Below, piece by piece: positions 25,071 to 37,789 of a stretch of 64,000 bases of DNA. Made by a program: the position numbers and the translations under genes. Positions within the stretch are counted from its first letter, which is position 1, and every line of letters begins with the position of its first letter. The notes beneath the pieces are model-generated. The model ran no database searches. It was given only the letters and a program-made list of their open reading frames with translations, and was not told the origin of the DNA. Origin of the DNA: Felis catus (lineage: Eukaryota); contig NC_058368.1 of assembly GCF_018350175.1 (NCBI RefSeq), positions 185,630,001 to 185,694,000 on the forward strand. Reading direction: 5' to 3'.

Positions 25071-26569
25071 AAACCACAAGAGATCTTAATGGTAGAAAAC
25101 AAGCTGAGGGTTGATAGAAGGAGGTGGGTGGAAGATGGGCTAGATGGGTGATGGGTATTAGAAAAGGCACTTGTGATGAGCATTGGGCGTTGCATGTAAG
25201 TAATGAATCACTGAATTCTACTTCTGAAACCAATATTGTACTATATATTAACTAAAATATAAATTAAAAAAATAAGGGGAAAAAAGAAAATGAACTACAG
25301 ACATTGTTAGATGAACATTGAGAAATGTTTAACAAACACAGATCCTCCCTACAGAAATTTTCAGGCAAAAGGGAAATAACACTAGAATGCAAGTTAGAGC
25401 TACAAGGAAGAAAAATACATTCAGAAATTTTGTGGTAAACAATAAAGTAAAATGTGCAAGAATACATAAGTTGGCGTAGATGCAAACAGAGTTAAACATT
25501 AAATGTATCAGATAAAGATAATGATTAACTTTAAAGTTTGTGACCTGTACCTGAAAATTTTTTGAAGTTTAACACTTAAAAAGATATTTTAAACATTCTA
25601 GATTACTAGAGGGTAAAAATTGTAACTAATTAAAAAATCTATGAAAAAAGCAAAAATGCAGGGGAAAATATAAAGTCAACACAAAAATTCACAAAATACA
25701 TTAGAAACAAATTGGTTTACCCATAAGCTCAACATTGTAAAGAGAATGAATTCACTAGCTAACTAACAAAATTTTTCATACTGGATTAAAAATTAAATTA
25801 TCTGTTGCTTATAAGAGATTGATCTGAAACACCGGATATTGAATGTACAAGGATGGAGAAGAAACATGATAGGGAAAAGACAAAATAATGTTAGAATAGC
25901 TGTATTAATATCAAAAAGAAGAACATTTACCAGGAAAAAAAAGCATCACTAGAATCATAACATGGTAAAAGTGTAATTCCCACGGAAAATATAACAATTT
26001 TATTTTGCTTGAACCTAATAAAATGCCTTTGAAAACACAAATAGTCGATAAAACTACAAGAAGAGTGGAAAAATTGAGAATTGTTATAGGCCATTTAATG
26101 ACGTCACTCTCAGTTACGTCAAGCAAATGAAAATAAAGATATAGAAGATCTGGTCATTTAAAAATCTTGAGTGAATGGACATCTACAGAACTCTAACCCC
26201 AAAATATATCAGTGGTATATTCTTTGTAATTGCTAAAAAGTATGCCATTAAATGAATAGAATATATATATTTTTTTGCAGTCAAGTCTCATTTCCCAGGT
26301 TTGACCCTTTTGATCTGTTATGTTGTTGTCATTTTTACTTCTTTTACAATTTAAAGACATTCTCCTGTTGTAAGAGATAGTAGAACAAGGCCAAAGGCAT
26401 TCTGCTTCCCTAGATATCTCATTCCCACCATCTTCATTGAGCCTACCATATCTTCATGGTATTTTTCAGGGTAGGGAAGAATTCCTTGGCAGAGAATAAT
26501 TGTTCATGTTGTTTTTCCTTCTCTATCCATTGTGATACTCATCTTTTATAGCTCTCTACTAAATGATTC

Positions 26570-26870
26570 TATTTAGGACGGTGAAAATACCCTGTATGAT
26601 ATTATTATGGTAGATACATGTCGTTATACATTTGTCCAAACCCATACATTGTACAACACCAAGAATGAACCCTAGTGTCAACTATGGATTTGGGGTGATT
26701 ATGATGTGTCAGTGTCAATTCATCCTTTGTAACAAATGTACCGTCTGGTAGAGGGAGTTGGTAATGGCAAAGCTGTGTGGGGACAAAGGATTTAGGGAAA
26801 TAGCTGTACCTTACTCTTAGTTTTTCTGGGAACCTGAAACTACTCTGAAAAAATACCTTTTTAAAAAAAA
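26570..26870 (+). mobile_element. L1MC-type 3' end
   Basis: CTGTATGATATTATTATGGTAGATACATGTCGTTATACATTTGTCCAAACCCATA..GTACAACACCAAGAATGAACCCTA is the classic L1MC1/2 3'UTR; ends in an A-run. Confidence 0.85.
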
Positions 26871-28844
26871 TTAAGTTTATGCATAACCATTTTGTCCATT
26901 GTTCCTAGACATAGGTGGTTCCCTCTGGAATGTCTTTCAGTCTGTATTTCAGTGCTGACCGGGTGCTGTGAGGGATGCAGGAAGAATATCCATCTAGAAG
27001 CATTTGCTATTAGACATATGGAGCATTTCAGACTTTTCCCCCCAGACATACGGCAGCTTTAGCCTTGTATTTATTTGTCACAGAAACAGCAGTTGTGCAC
27101 ATTGTACGTTTTTCTTCAGAGACTGTTTAGGTGCACACTGAGCTGTTGGTAATGAGTATCATAAAACATTATGGACTCACATTACTCTCTTTCCAGAGCA
27201 GTGATAATACATGCTTAAGCTGAGACACATTTGGAAGGTGATCTTCATAAAACCAAATGCCCAAAACTGGTGTGAGGAAATGAGTGGGTTCAAGTTGATT
27301 TTATTCTTTTGTTCAGCATTATAAGGACTTAAATATTGTTATGGTGACTTTTTTTTTCTTCTACTCTGATTAAAGGATTATTTTTGAAAAAGCAGGGAAT
27401 GGAAATAGTTGCTAAGGGATGAGTTGTTGGGACTAACTAGAGTGCTGGGGTGAAGCAGATTCTGTGACTAGATCCAGTCTCAAAATAATTAAATTTTCCA
27501 TAATCAACTAATGATGTCTGCTTTGATGGGGTAAAGATACCTGTGGTATGTGTGCCAAATGTTAGCTTCTCTGTTGGAACCAACTCCTGCTTTAGTCAGG
27601 ATTAGATCAGGAACATCTACAAAAATGTTATTCTATTTGAAATTAAATTTCTTGAAGAAAGATTGGTATAATTTTAGAATTTCATATTCAGTCATTGTAA
27701 TTCATTGTAATCATTTTTCTGTGTTGAATATTATATATCTTGTTGAAGAACACAAATTGATTACATGGAGGTGAAAATTGAGCTTGAATGTCAAGATTTA
27801 TTTCTATCTAAATAATATTTACATAATTTTAGCTCAATTACCTAGAGTTCAAATGTCATTAATAACATGTATCTCAAAATTTGTAATTTGCAAAAAAGTC
27901 CTTCCCAAATATTTTAAGTGACTTCATACCCAGGAAAGGAAAAAAAAAAAGATGAAATAAAGTCCCAAGCCAATATCACCATGGACTATTTTAATGCCCT
28001 TATAGAGTTGACAGACTTGTGGTATTTGAAATTTGCTCTAATAATACATTATGCTATAAACTGTATGGAATTTTATCTATGGATTCAGGAAGACTAATTG
28101 GCTCTGGCAGTAATTGTCTCAGTGGAGCTGAAGGAAGTCAAAACTAAAACTTCAGCCACTTAACCACCCCTTCAGCCAATTCCCTCGTTGATCAGTGTGG
28201 AAAAATAATGAGACCTGCTCTGTTTCCAGAGAACCATCTTGTTATTGTCAACCCTCCAACGTTTCTCATTTGAGACTCAAATTTATTTCAGCTCCTTACA
28301 TGCTCTGTGCTATCTGCCTGTATTACCATAAATTATTTCCACTAGAAATGTTGAATTGAAAAACAAAAAGCACCAGGTGTTTTTGTGCAAGAAATGAATC
28401 TTACTCAAAGGAAGTAATGCCCCCATTACACTCTGGTGTGCAGGCTTGTATGTTCAGAATCTTTGTCTACACTTCATGTGGGGGTCATTACATTATTGTA
28501 ATACAATTGCCCCAAATGGTTAAACACATTGCTAGTCTAATACTAATGCAAAAGGGCTCTAGGCCTCCCATCTTAAAACATTTAACCAACATCTTCCAGT
28601 ACTGAACACTCTTTTTTCCCTTGAACTTTAATTCAGCATCTGTGTTTTACTCTCATAATCTTTTGTGTACACTGTTCTACAAACACACTAACCTTAATTC
28701 TATGTCCAAATGCATGCGCAAATATTTTGTATCAGATTCCTAATAAGTAGTTACTGTGTTAGATGCTTTCCAATACAATGGTCTTCAAAGGTCAATGTTG
28801 TCCTCATTTAATTGGTAATGATAGTTTGGATAGGAGGAGCGCAA

Positions 28845-29070
28845 ATAATCTCAACCGTTACTGAGAAGTTGCTATGGGACAGGCTTTGTGGGAAGCATTT
28901 TACATGCATAATGTCCTTGAAATCTCATAGTATTCTTACATGAAGGATTCTAGTATTATTCCAACATACAATGGAGGGACCTAGTGGTTATTAATTTTCC
29001 AAGGGTTATGCAGCTTTTAAGTAGTGGAACACGGAGTTAAACACAGGTTTGTTTGGCTTCAAGTCTAGAT
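28845..29070 (-). mobile_element. MIR
   Basis: TTACTGAG..AAGCATTTTACATGCAT..CCAAGGGTTATGCAGC..AAGTAGTGGAAC antisense MIR pattern. Confidence 0.65.
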
Positions 29071-30077
29071 CCCCTTTATCTTCTACATATCCAGATCTCT
29101 CTTATCCTTCAAGACTCAAAACTGAATCTTACCATCCATAAAGCCTTACCTAGAAGTTGATGTTTGTTCTGTGACTTGTACAGATTGTACACTTGATACC
29201 ATGAATGTTACCGTACCATTCTTGTCTTTCTTTTTTGTTTCTGTTACTCCTATGTGCCATTTTTATATCACCAATGTTACCAAGGTGGCATCTTGGTGCT
29301 TCACAATGTCCTGCTCATTGTGAGTGACCATAGAGGGGTGGGGAGAAGAGCTTAGTTAAGTGAAGAAGAACCTGTTTCATATTTCCATTCTCAGTATGTC
29401 TATTTTGGCATGTACCAAAAGAAGAGGGCTTCTTACTGCTTGGCCCTTTCCATCAGAGAATTATAATATGTAGCCACTTAGCCTGATTGTCAATACATTT
29501 TTCCACTTTATTGCCTTTTAAAATCACTTTAGTAAACACAAGTTGAGGTGGAAAATAATAGCAACCTCATCAAATTATTGTTGAAACTGGAAAAAAAACC
29601 CCACCTAAATAGAATGCCAACTGTTCAGTTTCCCATGTTAGGCATGATATCTCTTGTTCCAGAAAATATATGCAGTGTACATTGTGGGTTGTCTTAGTTA
29701 CCTTTTTTTTTTTTAAGTAAGAATAGAGGACAGTGAGATCCAATGTTATGTAATATTTTAATAGATGTGCAAAATGAGAGTGAATAATAGCGAGTAAAGG
29801 GAGATGAAATGACCATCATGATTATGAGATTTTTATATAATTTTATATGGTATGCAGAATCATCTGAATTAGGTTCAGTTATTGTTCAAATATAAAAGAT
29901 GTTTTTTGATATAAAATTAATAAATTTCCCTCCCCTCTTTCCTGGGATTTGTGGACTAAGAATGAGCCCAGTTCATTTATATATTCTGTTAATATTTATT
30001 GCTGTTATTTATTCCTTCATACAGTATTTACTAGGTTTCATTAACATATGGATCACAAAATAATGCACATCAAGTTT

Positions 30078-30277
30078 ATTAAAAAAATTTTTTACATTTA
30101 TTGAGAGAGCACAAATGGGGGAGGGGCAGAGAGAGAATGAGACACAGAATCCCAAGCAGGCTCCAGGCTCTGAGCTGTCAGCACAGAGCCTGACGTGGGA
30201 CTCGAACCCACAAACATGTGAGATCATGACCTGAGCCAAAGGCAGACGCTTAACTGACTGAGGCACCCAGGCACCCC
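30078..30277 (-). mobile_element. Can-SINE
   Basis: Antisense body; degenerate TSD TAATGCACATCAAGTTT (30061-30077) / TCATGTACATCAAATTT (30278-30294). Confidence 0.94.
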
Positions 30278-30544
30278 TCATGTACATCAAATTTAAAAAC
30301 TGTACCGTAATTGATAAATCTGCATAGTAGCACAGTTCATGAGTTCACATATTTCAGGCCTGGATTTGTTATGAGGCAGGTAGCAATGCTTGTTATCTTT
30401 GCACACCGTTTCACCAATTATATGAAAAGATGAAATTCAAGACATCATATTTTGTCTTCTATTTTGTTTTCAAGAGTCCATGCCACCAGTTTGATGGATC
30501 TTTCTCCCACTTTGAGTAATTGATTACACAAAATTTAATAACAG

Positions 30545-30785
30545 TGGCTCCTTTTGTTCAAAGCTTACCATAGGGCAGGCACCGTATTATGTGCTTTTTC
30601 ACGCATTTCCTTGTATAATCCTCAACATCAGCTCTATATGGTAGTAATTAACTTTCTATCTCTTTAGAAAATTGGGAACTTAAGAAGGGTGAGATTACTT
30701 AACTCTCCTAAGGTGACATACCTGGCTAGAGAAGGAGCAGAGCCTGTATTTGATTGCCTGGTCAATGAACACCAAAGTTCGTGAT
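30545..30785 (-). mobile_element. MIR
   Basis: GCTTACCATAGGGCAGGCACCG..TAATCCTCAAC..CCTAAGGTGACATAC..GGAGCAGAGCCTGTATTTGA. Confidence 0.65.
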
Positions 30786-31291
30786 GTGTTTAAGACATAA
30801 CTGAATCTTTACTATGGCTAGAGAGTCTTTACCTGCTTTCCTTCAGTGAATCCCTTTTTCTTGCTTTTCTGCCATCAAGTTTACTCCACAGGCAGAACAA
30901 TAAACTGTGTGTCTGTAGTTTTTGAAAGAAGGAAAAAGGATCAATACTCTTCTTGCTTTCTAAATTTTAAGTCATGTTCAGGTCATCATGCTCAGTCCCT
31001 CTCTTTTATATTTCTACTTTGAATTGGGTCTAGAGAATAGGACCATTTCTAAATATCATTAACCCTGCTTTGCTTTGTTGCTTCTTTACTGCTTAACCAT
31101 AACTACCATGAAAACCAAAGCAAATAAGATCTCACTTATTTTAAAACTCATAGATAGAAGTACATTAAAGTTTAAGGTATCTATTTTTGGCATTGAAATA
31201 GAAGACACTGGTTATTGTATTTAATGAAAAGAATTTCTTTGGTAGGTCAGGAGGTCAATTTTATCTCGAATTAGAATAAATTGATATCCTT

Positions 31292-31508
31292 GGGGATCCT
31301 GGGTGGCTCAATTGGTTAAATGGCCGACTTTGTCTCAGGTCATGATCTCGTGGTCTGTGGGTTCAAGCTCCTCATCAGGCTCTGTGCTAACAGCTCAGAG
31401 CCTGGAACCTATTTCAGATTCTGTGTCTCCCTCTCTCTCTGCCCCTCCCCTGCTCATGCTCTGTCTCTCTCTGTCTCAAAAATAAATAAAAAACATTAAA
31501 AAAATTAA
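31292..31508 (+). mobile_element. Can-SINE
   Basis: Full body; 19-bp TSD AGAATAAATT(G/T)ATATCCTT at 31273-31291 and 31509-31527. Confidence 0.95.
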
Positions 31509-31779
31509 AGAATAAATTTATATCCTTGATGATATAATATGCCAGATTCAGAATTGTTCTGCCTCTTGGGATCCCAGAGATTTCTCTAGCAGCATTAATA
31601 TTATAGGTTGATGTTTATAGAATATAACAATGTTATAGAGTAGGATCCACAGAGGCAGAATGGGTTTCACACACAAATGATTTGACAGAACGTTCTGTTC
31701 CATATCACAATATACTGGAACCTAAAAGCATTTGCTTTCTAAGGAGTAAATCTCATTCTTGTTTTTCTCTCAAGGGCCA

Positions 31780-32470
31780 GTTAGCACACTCATCCTAGCC
31801 ACCATCATCTCTTGCCTGAGTAATACATTAGCCCACTTACTGTTCTACTTCTTTCCATCCTTTGCTGATTATTGTTTCTTCTTCACTCATCAGTCAGGAG
31901 GATCCTTTTACAATCCAAGTCAGATTAAATTTGATGTTTAACTCAGATTATTCCTTGGCTCCCATCTCACTGATGGTACAGTCCATATCCACATGGTAGT
32001 CCACAAGGCCTTTCATGATCTGTCCTTCTGATCCTCTTCTGATCTTAACCTACTATTATTTCCTTCTACTTCAAGTACACTACTCCAAGTAGTGCAGTCT
32101 TCACTACTGCCAATTATACCTGACATACTTCTGCCTCAGGACATTTGCAATGTCTGCTCTCTCTACATGGAATGTCCTTCCTTCAGATCCCCACATGGCT
32201 AACACAATGACTTTTTAAATTTTCTGCTCAGATAATGCTTTCTCAGAAGGTCTATCTATTTAAAACGTCAACACTCTACCACCCAGGATCTTTCATATCA
32301 CACTGTAATTTCTCTGCCATAACCTTCATCTCCTTTATATATCAGGTACCTATAATAACTTGCTTGTCAGACTATAAGAGGTAAAAGATCTTTGTCACCT
32401 GTGTCCATTGATGTATCTTGAACACTTTAGGTAAGTGCCTTATACTTACTGTTAACTGAATTAACTAATG
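31780..32470 (+). mobile_element. L2 (L2a-like) 3' region
   Basis: GCCACCATCATCTCTTGCCTG..GGCTCCCATCTCACT..CAAGGCCTTTCATGATCTG..CTGCCTCAGGACATTTGCA..TGGAATGTCCTTCC. Confidence 0.8.
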
Positions 32471-32707
32471 AGAAAACACTTGATATAGCCTAACCAACTT
32501 ATTTGAAATGGCTTGACTTATAACATGGGCCATATTATATACATATGTGCATTTTAGGCAGACAAATCATAAAGATAGGCATTTATCTTTCAGAAGAGTC
32601 TTAAGTTTTGGTGTAAAACTTAGCTACTTTAAACATAGACTATCTGGTTTCCACATATAGAACTTCAGTTATTTCATTATGTAGAGTTAAAAAATTAATT
32701 ATTAATG

Positions 32708-32874
32708 GGATTATTGGGTGGCTCGGTTGAGTGTCTGCCTCTTGATTTTGGCTCAAGTCATGATCTCCTGGTTGGTGAGGTTGACCACCATGCTGGGACT
32801 TAGAATTCTCTCTATCCCTCTCCCTGCCCCTTCCCTGCTCTTTCTCTCCCAAAATAAATAAAGAAACATTTAAG
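32708..32874 (+). mobile_element. Older Can-SINE
   Basis: GGGTGGCTCGGTTGAGTGTCTGCCTCTTGATTTTGGCTCAAGTCATGATCTC, CT tract, AATAAA tail. Confidence 0.85.
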
Positions 32875-33350
32875 AAAATAACTATAATCAATTCTATGTC
32901 AGAGAAGTCAAATAGTTATTTAATAAATGACTTTTCTAAAATATGTATAATATAGCAGTGCTTATTTTACAGGATGATGCACCTATTTATTGATAGTAAA
33001 GAATTAAATTTCATAATGCTAACTAACTAATGTCCCTCAGGGTACCAATATATCCATAGCATAATTACCATACCTTGGCTTGGTTTCTTTATGGCATCTT
33101 GCTGCTGCACAGATGGTAGGGAGGAAGTAATGGCCTTTGGTGGAGGATTCTTAATAAAGTTTATAGCCTTTAAACCTGGAAAAATTCCAAGTCATGCTAG
33201 CATCTGCCTTAAAAGAAGATATGAATGTGGAATGCACTGCACAACATCCTAATTTTAATTTCCATAAAGCAAAATATTGTTATTCTATGGTGTTTGCTGA
33301 ATTATAATGTGATATTCTCAGGTATTTCTAAAACCTATACACTATGTCGC

Positions 33351-33583
33351 TTTTCCTTCTTCTTTTCTTTTTCTTTCGTTTTTCTTTTTTTTTTTTTTTT
33401 ATTTGAGAGAGAGAGAGCATGTGCTGGGGAGAGGGGAAGAGGGAGGGGGAGAGAGAGAATCCCAAGTAGGCTCCATGGTCAGCCTGGAGCCCAAAGCAGG
33501 GCTCGATTCCTTGGTCCTGGGATTATGACCTGAGCTGAAATCAAGGGTCAGATATTCAACTGGCTGAGCCACCCATATGCCTC
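33351..33583 (-). mobile_element. Can-SINE with long T/CT-rich tail
   Basis: GAGAGAGAATCCCAAGTAGGCTCC..ATGACCTGAGCTGAAATCAAG..CTGAGCCACCCA. Confidence 0.9.
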
Positions 33584-34268
33584 TTTCTTGATTATGACTT
33601 GAAACTACTTCAAACCCTTGGATTTCTTGAACGGTATAGGGAAGATGAAAAGCTGATAGCATTGCAGTAAGAGCAGAAACAAACACAAGAACAACAACAG
33701 CAACAATAAAAGAAAAAATAGTGACATAATATAGAAGCAAGATAAAATAATAATAGTAAGAGGTAACTGTGTGAATGCCTTGACCTCTCTCCTCTTTTCT
33801 CAGGCAACTTCGTAGAAGCCTTATGGCTTAAATAATAGTTTTCGTGTATCTCATTGTAGAAGATGGCCTGCTATGAGGAGTACCATACTCCTAAGGAGAA
33901 AGCATTTCATAGGTCTATACTGCTGTACTGATGCTTTATCTTCCAAGTAACCAAAGATAGGAGAGGATAAAAAGATGTAAGAGAAAAAAAATATAAAAAA
34001 GAAAAGTGAGAAAATAGAATCTGGGAGATTTATCCAATGGTCCAAAAATACACTCACAATATGAAAATGCTTTATAGTACACTGGAGTTGGTGGTACCTC
34101 CAGTCCCTTATAGTAGCAAATGCTCTTCAGAGCAACTTTTTTCATCTTTAATGTAGGCCATAAAGAAGTCTCACAAATGATTTGTAGGAAAAACAAATAT
34201 TTCTAGGGAAAATACAATGAGAAACACATAGGGAAAAGGTAACAGAAGTAAGAAATAAGCAAAATAAC

Positions 34269-34718
34269 TGTATTAGTGTGCTATTGTTTCGAACTACCAC
34301 AACCTTAGTGGCTTAAAAAACATACCTTCGTTATCTTATAGTTCTGGAGGTTGGGTCCTAAACTTAAAGGGATCAATGGGACTCTATTCCTCCAGGAGGC
34401 CCCAATGGAGGATCTCTTTGCTTGTCTTTTTTAGCTACTAGAGCCTGCCTACATTCATTAACTTATGGACCCTTTCTCAAACCACTTTAAGGTCTGCTTC
34501 CATCAAACCTCTTCTGACTCTCACAGTCCTGCTTTTCTATTATAAGGATCCCTTGTGATTGCGCTGGGCCCCCTGGGATAACCCAGGATAATCTCCCCGT
34601 CTCAAATTTCTGAATTTACTCATATCTGTAAAGTTCCTGCGGTCATGTATGTAAGGTATATATTTATAGGTTTTAGGAGGGGGGTGTAGACATTTTTGAG
34701 AGTTCATTAATTTCCACA
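34269..34718 (-). mobile_element. MLT1 (B/C/D-like) solo LTR
   Basis: TGTATTAG..ACTACCACAACCTTAGTGGCTTAAAA..TAAGGATCCCTTGTGATT..CCAGGATAATCTCCCCGTCTCAA..TTCCACA. Confidence 0.85.
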
Positions 34719-34729
34719 GTAGCACATAC

Positions 34730-35800
34730 TCTCAGACTTCAGATACTATAATTATCAAAATACCTATTATAAAATTATGCTTTCTTATATTACAAGAAAT
34801 AGAGGACAGGCTGGAATATCTGTATTTGAAACAAGAAACCATGGCAATGATCTTGCACATTTTAAAAAGTATCAAGTAGGACTTCTAGAAATGAAATCAA
34901 GTTAAGTTATTCTAAAAAGTTGATGAGTTTTAGGCACACATAAGAAAATGCAGTTAGTAAAATTATTTCAGAAAAAATATTTCTAAAAAATTTGAACTTT
35001 TCAAAGTGCATGGAGAAATGTTCCATTTCCTCTTCTGGATGAAACTAATACAGGTGTTTATTTTATAAAGTTCTTTAAATTCTACCTGTACCCTTTTGAA
35101 CTCCTCTGTATATAAGAAATATGAAATGTTGAAAATATCAGTAAAAGTTCTATGTAATAAACTGGAGCTAAACTGGAGATAAATGTGAGTGATTAAGTAA
35201 AAAAATTCTCACAATATTAAGTAAATAAAAGATGGATTGTAAGAGAAAGTTGATGTAATGTAGAATGTAGATTCAGGAGACTCAATATCAGCTAAGAGAA
35301 CTTCTAGAAAGAGTACATAGATCAAGTTTCAAAAATTGATTTTCCTAGAAATCAAGAAACTCAACTAGTAAAGGTAGGACAATTTTCCCTACATATATCT
35401 ATAAACTTATGGTAATTTTAGGTGTAAAGTGAATTTAAATAAATTCATTGAATACTGAAAGAGAATAAAGGTCAGAAATCTGAACAAATGAGATACAGCA
35501 GATGATAAAGTTCATGCTGATTATCAGTGGGTAAAGAATAGACTGGTAATTACTGTTCACAACAACTAATTTTTCGAAGGAAAATCTAAAAGATTTTCTA
35601 CCTTGCTCAAACAATTCTCTAGGTGAAGCCAAGAATGTAAGTGTAAATCAACAGTGATAATTGCTATAAAATAAGAAAATAGAGAATGCTTGTTCAATCT
35701 TAGGGTAAAATACCTTGCCAACATAAGATAAAGATTTATTTGCTCATTAAAGGTACTGATTTTCAGATTTGATAACATAAAACTTTGAAAACTTATTTGG
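34730..35800 (+). mobile_element. Ancient L1ME-like fragments
   Basis: A-rich strand with GGACTTCTAGAAATGAAA and GAAAATCTAAAAGATT..ACAATT L1-like remnants. Confidence 0.4.
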
Positions 35801-35814
35801 AAGAAGTAATCATA

Positions 35815-36250
35815 AATGATTCAATTTGGCAAGTATTTTCAGCCCTCTAACACATACAAAACACTATTCTAGGTTCTGGGGATACCTAGGGAACAAAACA
35901 GGCAAAAACACCTTTTCTCATGAATTCTAAATTTTGGTGGAAAAGATGGAAAATATACAATAAAAAACATATGTGAGAAGCTCCTAAGTACTATTGGATA
36001 GAAAAAATAGAGGAAGGGCAATGTGGCTTGACTTTGTCAGGAGTGGAAGTGTTTGAAATTATTTCAAGTAATTAAGTATAGGCCTCACTATGAGGTGTGA
36101 CATATGAGTGTGTAAGCAAAGGCTTGATAAGGTAGACACTGAGCATGTGGGGAAAAGGATTTGTGTCAAAGGGAACAACCAGTGCAAAATGTGTACATTC
36201 AAAGAACATCTAGGAGGCCAGATGTCTGAAATAAGTGTGGAGGAGAGAAG
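35815..36250 (-). mobile_element. L2 fragment
   Basis: ACACTATTCTAGGTTCTGGGGATAC..GAACAAAACAGGCAAAAAC..GGCCTCACTATGAGGTGTGACAT..AGGGAACAACCAGTGCAAAA. Confidence 0.7.
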
Positions 36251-36268
36251 AAGATATGAAATAAAGTT

Positions 36269-36465
36269 GGGGTGTCTGGGTGGCTTAGTCGGTTAAGTGT
36301 CTGGCTCTTGATTTCGGCTCAGGTCATGATCTCATGGTTTGTGTGTTTGAGCACTGTGTTAGGCTCCACACTGACAGTGCTGAGCCTGCTTGGGATTCTC
36401 TCTCCCCCTCCCCTGTTTGTGCTCACTCTCTCTGTCTCCAAATAAATGAATAATTGTTCAACAAA
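36269..36465 (+). mobile_element. Can-SINE
   Basis: Full body; TSD ATGAAATAAAGTT at 36256-36268 and 36466-36478. Confidence 0.93.
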
Positions 36466-36729
36466 ATGAAATAAAGTTAAACAAGGTGAAGATACAAGTG
36501 AATTGTCAGGAGAAAATATTTGCAACACTTAGAACAATAAAAATATTGATATTCATAAAAAGAGCTCTAACCCCTAAGTAAGAAAGTAGCAAGTATCCCA
36601 GAAAAATATTGGACGGTGCTTATGAATAAACATATCACTGAAGAAGCAAATTGGCTAATAAAAATACTTAATTTCTCTGGTGGTGAGAGTGATCAGAGAA
36701 ATAATCAAATAAAAATTGTTAAATGTTCT

Positions 36730-36935
36730 GTGTTTAGAGCACTTTCCTAAGCACTTAATTAACCATATTCTTGTCATAACTATTAAAATGGTTTCCTCAT
36801 TTTAGAGATAAGGACATTGCCACACAGAAAAGTACTAAGTAGTTTCGTAATTACTGTAAACAAAGTTTACACAGCTTGACAGTGATAGATATTAGGTGTT
36901 CTGACTCAAGGATCCACTATCTAAACAATTAATTT
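36730..36935 (-). mobile_element. MIR
   Basis: CCTCATTTTAGAGATAAGGACATTG..GGTGTTCTGACTCAAG. Confidence 0.55.
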
Positions 36936-37789
36936 TTATTCATCAACAGAATGGAAACACTAAGTAGAATGGTTTCATCTCCTATTGGTAAAATGTGGGG
37001 AAATATGAAACTTCATCATAATCAGTTTCAAAATAAATCATGTATAACTTAAGTTGAACAATGTAAATGTGAGTTGGACCCCATATAACGAATCCTAATA
37101 CCACCTTTACGATACTCAGGTTAGAGTCACCCAGATTAACAGTGGTGGAGTTTGGGGATGAATCCAAATAGTTGAGTCACAGGTCCCTTTCTATTAAACA
37201 CTATATGCCTATTCCAGTATTGCCTATTTCAGTATTGCTGGGAATATAGATTGTCAGTAGTGTTTTGGAAATTTGGCAGCAATTATCAATTTTGGGAGCA
37301 CTTACCAAAATTTAATACATGCATAATTTTGTCAGAAATTCTACTTCTAGGAAAATTTTTAATAGATATATTTGCATAGATGAGACTAAAAATATTCATT
37401 ACTGTGTTTTATTTTTATAAAAAATGGACAGCAACTAAGTGTCTAGCAACAAGGGAATAGTTCAATAAGCTGTGATTAATCAGCAAGATAGAGTACCACA
37501 GTGCTGAAAGAAAAAAAGAAATAAAATTGTATGTTCTGTATGGGAGAGTGGAATATGATTATGTTTTAAAGTTTCATAACAATATGTTATACTATAATAT
37601 TGTTTAGGTTAAAATAATCTTTAGATGTGCTAAATTGATAAAATGAATAGAAACTAAAGGAAGAAATACTTAAATTTATAAGCATGTCATACGCACAGAT
37701 ATATATGGTTTATATATTCTTTATTTGCATATATATGAAAAAGGGATAAATAAAAGGCATAAAATACATAATTATAAACATATATGGTA

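Larger units (their letters stand above)
21543..25279 (+). mobile_element. 5'-truncated carnivore L1 (decayed ORF2 plus 3'UTR and A-tail)
   Basis: ORF2 peptides MILYVENLKDSTKKL and [23 protein letters not shown]; carnivore L1 3'UTR; TSD AAAAATGAAAATGA (21529-21542) / AAAAAAGAAAATGA (25280-25293); many stops and internal deletions. Confidence 0.93.
21480..26200 (+). mobile_element. Ancient L1M remnant (ORF1 end into ORF2 start), interrupted by a younger L1 at 21543-25279
   Basis: GTCAACCTAGAATT..TCTTTCAAAAATGAAAATG resumes after 25293 as AACTACAGACATT..TTCAGGCAAAAGGGAAATAAC; degenerate EN motif TCTGTTGCTTATAAGAGA at ~25800. Confidence 0.6.
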
